DNA from: Anaerolineales bacterium
GTDB lineage: Bacteria > Chloroflexota > Anaerolineae > Anaerolineales > E44-bin32
DNA length: 35,692 nucleotides
Assembly: GCA_022866145.1 (NCBI GenBank)
Contig: JALHUE010000071.1
Location: forward strand, 1 to 35,692
Direction of reading: 5' to 3'
Shown: positions 31,601-35,692 of the stretch, piece by piece
Layout: each line of letters starts with the position of its first letter
How positions within the stretch are numbered: the stretch's first letter is position 1
Translations under genes and position numbers: made by a program
The notes under the pieces: model-generated
Told to the model about the DNA's origin: nothing
Seen by the model: only the letters and a program-made list of their open reading frames with translations
Database searches by the model: none

Positions 31601-34029
31601 CTCTCCTCTGAAGGGCAGTCAATCAGCAGCCGGTAGTAGGCCGTGGTGAGCGGATAGCGCTGAGGGACCCGGGGGGCGGTTCCATACTGCCGGTTCGAGG
31701 TGATGATCAGCAGGTCAGCCTGCTCGAGGCTGTCGACGATCCGCTGCGCCTTGTCGGGGACTCCGTCGAAGTCGTCGTCCTGGTCATCCTGCCAGTACAG
31801 TTCCTGGACAACACTCCCGTACAGTCCGCCGTTGTCTCGCGAGTCGACGCGCACCGGCAGGCCATCATCCCAGGAGGACTCGCTGGCGATCACCGCACCC
31901 CGCAGCCCCAAGGCCGAATCCTCGAGCATCAGGCGCAGGCGGTAGTCTCGGTCGCGCTCCACTTCGAACGGGGAATCGAATCGCAAGCTCAGCGAGATCT
32001 CGTCACCCGCCGGCAACGGCTGCGCCAGACGGCCCCGAGCCACAAGCGGGCTTCCCGGGGCGCTGTCATCATAGACCTCGGCGACGGCGATGAGCGCCTC
32101 CCCGGTGCCTCCGGGAAGGCGCCGGGCAAACGGCAGCAGCACTCCCTCGGCCGTCCCATTCTGGCGGGCAGTGAACGAGAACTCCTGCGGGATCCCCGAG
32201 GCCAGCGCGTACACCTCGCGCGGGTACCCCATGGATTCAACCGGCGAGCCTTCGCGCGACTCCGTCACCACGTCCATCGTCCCCCGCAGCATGACGGCGC
32301 CCGGTGTGTCCATGGAGAGACGGACGACGTAGCGCGGTCCAGGCTCGACCGGCAGCGCCTGGTCCAGCGGAATGACCAGCCGGGTTTCCCCGCCCTGCTC
32401 CAGCAGTTCGGCGCTGCCACTGGCCAGGGCTTGCGCCGAATCCGGCGCGGGCAGCACCTCGACTCGCAGCCGCTTGACGCCGGTTCCAGGTGCGAGGTCG
32501 GTGACGTGGGTCAGGGTGACCTCGTCGACGGTCCCGGTGACCTGGCTGGTGAAGGAGGAGTCGAACGCCTTAGCCTGGGTGAGGACAAAATCCAGCGGCA
32601 GCGGAATCGGTTCCAGCCTGGGCTCAGCCTCACCCTCGAGCAGCAGATTCGCCGGACCCGGCAGGTTGCGGTAGATCCAACGGGAAGCTGCGACCCGGGT
32701 CATCGGTTGGGTATAGACGGAGAGGAAGGCAAACGCCTGGGCGGCGGAGAGCGCAAGGACTGTCACCAGAAGTGCGCCGGCCGCGATCCGGGACGGCCGC
32801 CGCCAGCGGCCAGGCGCATTGCCCGCCTTGAACCACAGCTGCCACAAGAACCACGATCCGAGCAGGGCCAGCGTGGGATAGACCGGCAGCATGTAGCGCA
32901 TCGAGGGCGTGAAGCTCGTCGATTGCCAAAGGAAGTAGGCGCCAGTCCAGGTGACCAGGAGCAAGTGCAGCCGCCACTCGCCTCGCAGCGAACGGTAGAT
33001 AGCGTAAGCCCATCCCGCCCAAGCTACGATCGCGGCCGCAGGACCCATCCCCCACAACACCAAGTTGCGCAGGGCGAACAGGATCGGTGTCCGGTTGGCC
33101 CACTGCAATGCCGGGGGGAAGTCGACGTCGCCGCTGGCTTGCTGCCGGATGACAGCCATGTTGTCGAGCCACAGGGGATTCAGATGCAGCCCGAGGAACC
33201 CAGGCCCGGAGAAGGCATACGGCTGCAGGATCCGGAACACTACCAGCGAGGCGAAGGCCGCCAGTGACAGCCCAGCCACCAGACGCACCAGCTCACGTTC
33301 ACGGCCCTCCCGCGGGACGGTCCAGTAGCGGGCGGCCACCGCCAGCACCAGCACCAGGCTGAGCGGTGCCGCACTGACCTTGGTGGCGACGGCCATCCCG
33401 AGGGCGATCCCGAAGAGGGCGTAGTCCAGCCAGCGACCCCTGGCCTGGGCCAGCACGGCGAAGTACAACCCAGCCACGATGAAGGTGTTCAGGAAGGGGT
33501 CGACAACGAAGAAGTGCGCGTGCTGGATCAGCAGCGGAGAGAACGCCAGCAGGGCAGCCGCCAGCAGGCCTACCCGGCGGCGGTACAGCCGTTCGCCAAG
33601 CAGATATACGAAAAGGATGCTGATCAGGTCAAACGCCGCCGAGGCCCCCCGCCCAACCAAATGAATCTGGTCGTACCCCGACTGGCCCAACCCCTCGGCC
33701 AGGAAGCGGACGAGGAAGATCGGAAGTGTCCCATAGACGAAGAAACCATGGCCAGTGTTGTGCGGATTCAGCGGCGAGGTGGCGGTATTGAAGTACTCCG
33801 CCACGGTAGCGGGCAGGCTCAGGCTGCTCTCCACCATGGTCAGAAAGCGCTCATCGGGATGCAGATGGGTGTACTCGTCCCAGTTGATGCCGGTGAGGCG
33901 CAGGTAGGCTGCGATGAGCAGGATGACGACGATCAGCCCGTCGTGAAGCCAGTCACGGGGCGGGGTGCGGGTGCGCGGCGACGGAGGGAGATCCTCATTG
34001 GGCGAAAGCGAAGGCGGCGCGGATTGCAT
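28687..34029 (-). CDS. 1780-aa fusion membrane protein (protein B): N-terminal GT-C/PMT_2-like module, ~490-aa extracytoplasmic region with a tandem beta-rich module, and a C-terminal YYY/DUF2298 module
   Basis: N-terminus: YLRLTGINWDEYTHLHPDERF (33882-33847), VYGTLPIF, R-x-ASAAFDLISILFVYLL and ATK, as in GT39/ArnT-like proteins. C-terminus: DPWFAGGYINYYYYGFVL (YYYY at 30750-30739), EFPFFTFLYADLHAH (30300-30256) and RMNTVFKFYL (29540-29512). The ATG at 34029 directly abuts the upstream TAG. Confidence 0.85.
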   Translation of the reverse strand: MQSAPPSLSPNEDLPPSPRTRTPPRDWLHDGLIVVILLIAAYLRLTGINWDEYTHLHPDERFLTMVESSLSLPATVAEYFNTATSPLNPHNTGHGFFVYGTLPIFLVRFLAEGLGQSGYDQIHLVGRGASAAFDLISILFVYLLGERLYRRRVGLLAAALLAFSPLLIQHAHFFVVDPFLNTFIVAGLYFAVLAQARGRWLDYALFGIALGMAVATKVSAAPLSLVLVLAVAARYWTVPREGRERELVRLVAGLSLAAFASLVVFRILQPYAFSGPGFLGLHLNPLWLDNMAVIRQQASGDVDFPPALQWANRTPILFALRNLVLWGMGPAAAIVAWAGWAYAIYRSLRGEWRLHLLLVTWTGAYFLWQSTSFTPSMRYMLPVYPTLALLGSWFLWQLWFKAGNAPGRWRRPSRIAAGALLVTVLALSAAQAFAFLSVYTQPMTRVAASRWIYRNLPGPANLLLEGEAEPRLEPIPLPLDFVLTQAKAFDSSFTSQVTGTVDEVTLTHVTDLAPGTGVKRLRVEVLPAPDSAQALASGSAELLEQGGETRLVIPLDQALPVEPGPRYVVRLSMDTPGAVMLRGTMDVVTESREGSPVESMGYPREVYALASGIPQEFSFTARQNGTAEGVLLPFARRLPGGTGEALIAVAEVYDDSAPGSPLVARGRLAQPLPAGDEISLSLRFDSPFEVERDRDYRLRLMLEDSALGLRGAVIASESSWDDGLPVRVDSRDNGGLYGSVVQELYWQDDQDDDFDGVPDKAQRIVDSLEQADLLIITSNRQYGTAPRVPQRYPLTTAYYRLLIDCPSEESVLACYAKASPGEVSGSLGYELIEVFESNLRLGPVEVSDQLAEEAFTVYDHPKVLIFAKQDTFSAERVRDLLAKVDLQRVVHVIPKEAGEPPPDLMLPADRLERQRAGGTWRELFPPGSVLNRYPALATVVWWMLIALFGLAAFPVVRVAFPGLRDGGYPLARAAGLVIVGWGVWILGSLGISFTRLSILLVIALLSGLSAALAWRDRDELLGYWRARRREIAWVEILALSLFLLDLLIRIGNPDLWHPSKGGEKPMDLSYLTAVLKSTSFPPYDPWFAGGYINYYYYGFVLAAVPIKLLGIEPAIAYNLALPTFFALLGLVAYSGGSNLVARTLAGRDCSGLRCARIAGISAALGLVLLGNLGTARMVYTGFKRIGASQAELGERALPGLLEAARGAGRYLTLQSPLPMGLDSWYWDPSRAIPPEGGEAGPITEFPFFTFLYADLHAHMFSRLLTTLTLVWLLAWLIEADDHRRRRPLNILLGLWVGGLILGAIEPTNLADAPDYRALAFVGLIAAAWVRRPKLDVRMLADAALSAFGLLALAGLLYAPYHQWYGEGYGEIARWQGSTTSLDAYFTVHGLFLFLLILWMGWETRQWMAATPLSRLARLRPYAGLIFAGAIGLGALTAVLAAMDYSIALVVVPMLAWAGLLFLRPGQPLEKRYALVLVGAALALTFLVEVVVAVGDISRMNTVFKFYLQVWEIFALTSAAALAWTWSDLRFWSPSWRWLWSVGLIVLAGAALAYPVTATVAKVRDRISSEAPRGLDGMAYMLTSSYHDLGKSFSMAEDHAAIRWMQQNVEGSPVIVEANVPEYRWGSRYTIYTGLPGVLGWNWHQRQQRLVSGEAVVTDRALAINDFYLTRSIEAAVEFLERYDVRYIVVGQLEQMFFETVQPCSPMEVTGGVLCELSGWPLGMPQPDTAAADCWPIDATIPQSPLECPTFGLEKFPKMVEQGILRPAYQQGQTTIYEVVQ
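31880..32575 (-). repeat. Tandem duplication of a ~126-aa module inside protein B (protein-level repeat)
   Basis: Copy 1 starts at SFTSQVTGTVDEVTLTHVTDLAPGTG (S at aa 492, nt 32556) and ends RYVVRLSMDTPGAVMLRGTMDVVTES. Copy 2 starts at SFTARQNGTAEGVLLPFARRLPGGTG (S at aa 618, nt 32178) and ends DYRLRLMLEDSALGLRGAVIASES. Shared anchors are SFT..GT..V.L, GTG, Y.(V/L)RL, LRG and ES. Confidence 0.55.
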
Positions 34030-35692
34030 CTAGGGCACCGGGCCCGGGCCGCGCCAGGCTTCGTCCGGGCCGCGCGCCGGAACGGCGTAGATCAGGAAGT
34101 CATGTCCTTCTTCCGGCGGAATAAAGTGGCTCAGCGTTCCGGATGGGAACACCTGCTTGAGGGTGTCCAGGCCTTCCTGGTCCTGCGGGTTCAGGATGAA
34201 CAACTGCGCCCGTCGCTCCCCTTCGAGGGTGGAAAGGTCCGGCGGCCAGATGGCGTAATCTCGCAGAGGGTCGCCGGCGTGGATGCCCACCAGGCGCGTG
34301 TCCACCCAGTAGGGAAAGGCGACGACGTGAGCCGTCTGATAGCTGCCCGTGGAGGCTGCGAAGCTGCGAATCACCTCACCCATCTGGCCGGTGTTCCAGG
34401 CGGATCGCCGGAACAACCCGGCGTACTCGACGAATACCAGGCGGTAGTTCAGGCCGATCGCCACCACCAACAACGCGGCGGCCGCCCCTGCCCAGGCCGC
34501 CCGCGCCAGACGCGACGACCACTGGCGCCAGATCCAATCCAGCAGTCCGGCCAACGGGATCGCCGCCAGGGTATAGACGGGGACAATCGCCCCGGAGGCG
34601 CGGTTGGTCGCCGGGTTCTCGGCGGGGAACGCCAGCGCCATGATCGAGGGCAGCATCAGCAGGGGAATCGAGAGCAGGGTGAACAGGTCGAGCCAGGAAC
34701 GGCGGCGAACATAGCGGACGGCGACTATCACGACGCCAAGATGGAACAGGGCGGCTGTCACCCAATCCAGGGCCGGACGGTGAGGGATCGAGTTCACCCA
34801 GACTTCGCCGTTGTCCCAGCCGAACATGCGCAGGGCATTCCAGGTGTTGCTCAGGAAGAGCACCAGCGGATCCCCGGGGAGCTCGCGCTCCGCTTCTCCA
34901 ATTCTCGTCAGCGCCCGTAAGAACAACTGATCGGGCATCTCGATCGCCACCCGCAGCAGCGGGGTGAGAGCGATCAGGGCGATCAGGCCGGCAGCGACCA
35001 ACCAGCTGGTCATCGCCAGGCGCTGCCCGCGTGCCTCGCGGTGCAGCAGGAAGAGGAGCACGCCGAAGGCAATCACGAGGGGGAGGACGCGCGTCGGCGA
35101 GTAGCCATGCAGACCCAGACCGATGAACAGCCCGCACCACAGGAAATCGTTGCGGCTGCGGCGCCGGATGCCCCGCGCCAGGAAGTACATCGCCGGCGCT
35201 ACGAAGAGCGGATACAGAGGAAACCGCAGCCCCACCCGGCTGATCACGTTCGGCCAATAGGCAATCCCGGCCAGGACGAAGGCAATCAGCCCCGCCTTGC
35301 GTCCCGCCACTTCTTTGGCGAACAGGTAGACAAAAGGCAGGGTCACCCATCCCGCCAGCGCCGTGCCGATCTTCAACGTGAGGAAGGTAATGCCGGTCCC
35401 CAGAAGGGCATTGGTGGCTGCCGCCAGGTAGAACTGCAGGGCCTCGCGACCGGTGTTGCGCGGGAAGAAGATGGCGGTCAGCCCGCTCTCGACGTCCAGC
35501 ACGTCCAGCAGCTTCTCGGCATGATCACTGACCATTTCGATCGGCACGCTGCGCAGGTAGGCAAACCGAAAGAACAGCGTAAGGGCAATGGCGCCGGCCG
35601 CCGCCACGCCCCAGGCCCCGACATGGATGTGAACCCGTGGCGAGCGCAGCCAGCGGGCTGCTTGGCGCAACCCGGCCCGCAACTGGATCTCG
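34030..35692 (-). CDS. GT-C/PMT_2 (ArnT-like) polytopic membrane protein (protein A, at least 550 aa); N-terminus at the window edge
   Basis: About 12 hydrophobic helices plus a ~130-aa soluble C-terminus. The K-x-G-T-A-L-A-G-W-V-T-L-P-F-V-Y-L-F-A-K helix pattern parallels the B N-terminus and D. A TTG at 35682 is a possible start. The frame stays open to nt 35691, so the gene may begin outside the window. Confidence 0.6.
   Translation of the reverse strand, partial: EIQLRAGLRQAARWLRSPRVHIHVGAWGVAAAGAIALTLFFRFAYLRSVPIEMVSDHAEKLLDVLDVESGLTAIFFPRNTGREALQFYLAAATNALLGTGITFLTLKIGTALAGWVTLPFVYLFAKEVAGRKAGLIAFVLAGIAYWPNVISRVGLRFPLYPLFVAPAMYFLARGIRRRSRNDFLWCGLFIGLGLHGYSPTRVLPLVIAFGVLLFLLHREARGQRLAMTSWLVAAGLIALIALTPLLRVAIEMPDQLFLRALTRIGEAERELPGDPLVLFLSNTWNALRMFGWDNGEVWVNSIPHRPALDWVTAALFHLGVVIVAVRYVRRRSWLDLFTLLSIPLLMLPSIMALAFPAENPATNRASGAIVPVYTLAAIPLAGLLDWIWRQWSSRLARAAWAGAAAALLVVAIGLNYRLVFVEYAGLFRRSAWNTGQMGEVIRSFAASTGSYQTAHVVAFPYWVDTRLVGIHAGDPLRDYAIWPPDLSTLEGERRAQLFILNPQDQEGLDTLKQVFPSGTLSHFIPPEEGHDFLIYAVPARGPDEAWRGPGPVP

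Noticed and set aside
33514-34920. 468-aa plus-strand ORF spanning the A/B gene junction
   Set aside because: It is antisense to two hydrophobic, mutually homologous membrane-protein genes. It is Arg/Gln/Gly-rich and has no RBS.
1-35692. CRISPR arrays, IS elements, long direct or inverted DNA repeats, prophage or defence genes
   Set aside because: I found no regularly spaced repeats, transposase or integrase motifs, or nuclease/helicase-type defence proteins in any frame. The only DNA-level repeat seen is the 29-nt paralog segment reported above.

Overview
This is a 35.7-kb, high-GC (about two thirds G+C by eye), densely coding bacterial chromosomal segment. The gene content (glmS ribozyme, giant YYY/DUF2298 membrane proteins, GGAGG-type RBSs mixed with leaderless-type promoters) suggests a Chloroflexota-like lineage. 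That taxonomy is only a guess. I can support 25 CDS (both edge genes are truncated or possibly truncated), one tRNA-Thr(CGU), one glmS ribozyme, two strong bidirectional hairpin terminators and a small set of TATAAT-type promoters. Perfect TATAAT hexamers occur only in intergenic DNA.

Nt 1-22,500 are mostly housekeeping. They encode a GAF sensor kinase, a bactofilin-repeat membrane protein, an M28 peptidase, a DUF218 protein, a GT4 glycosyltransferase and tRNA-Thr. These are followed by the udk-ppiB-yqaA-like genes, a GNAT, an SDR, fabF-fabH, trxA, an OsmC protein, a zinc-ribbon protein coupled to scpA, and VanZ. The block ends with a YyaL-type thioredoxin-domain protein, a Na/Pi-cotransporter-like protein, a tandem USP and glmS.

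Nt 22,820-35,692 form one minus-strand, translationally coupled operon of very large polytopic membrane proteins. It holds three GT-C/PMT_2-like modules and two YYY/DUF2298 modules, including a 1780-aa fusion of both types. The operon ends in a cytidylate kinase-PlsC fusion and is followed directly by the ribozyme-controlled glmS. This operon is my best candidate for an undescribed system, probably an extracytoplasmic envelope glycoconjugate assembly machine. Its function cannot be read from the sequence. I found no CRISPR arrays, transposases, integrases, phage genes or obvious defence genes.
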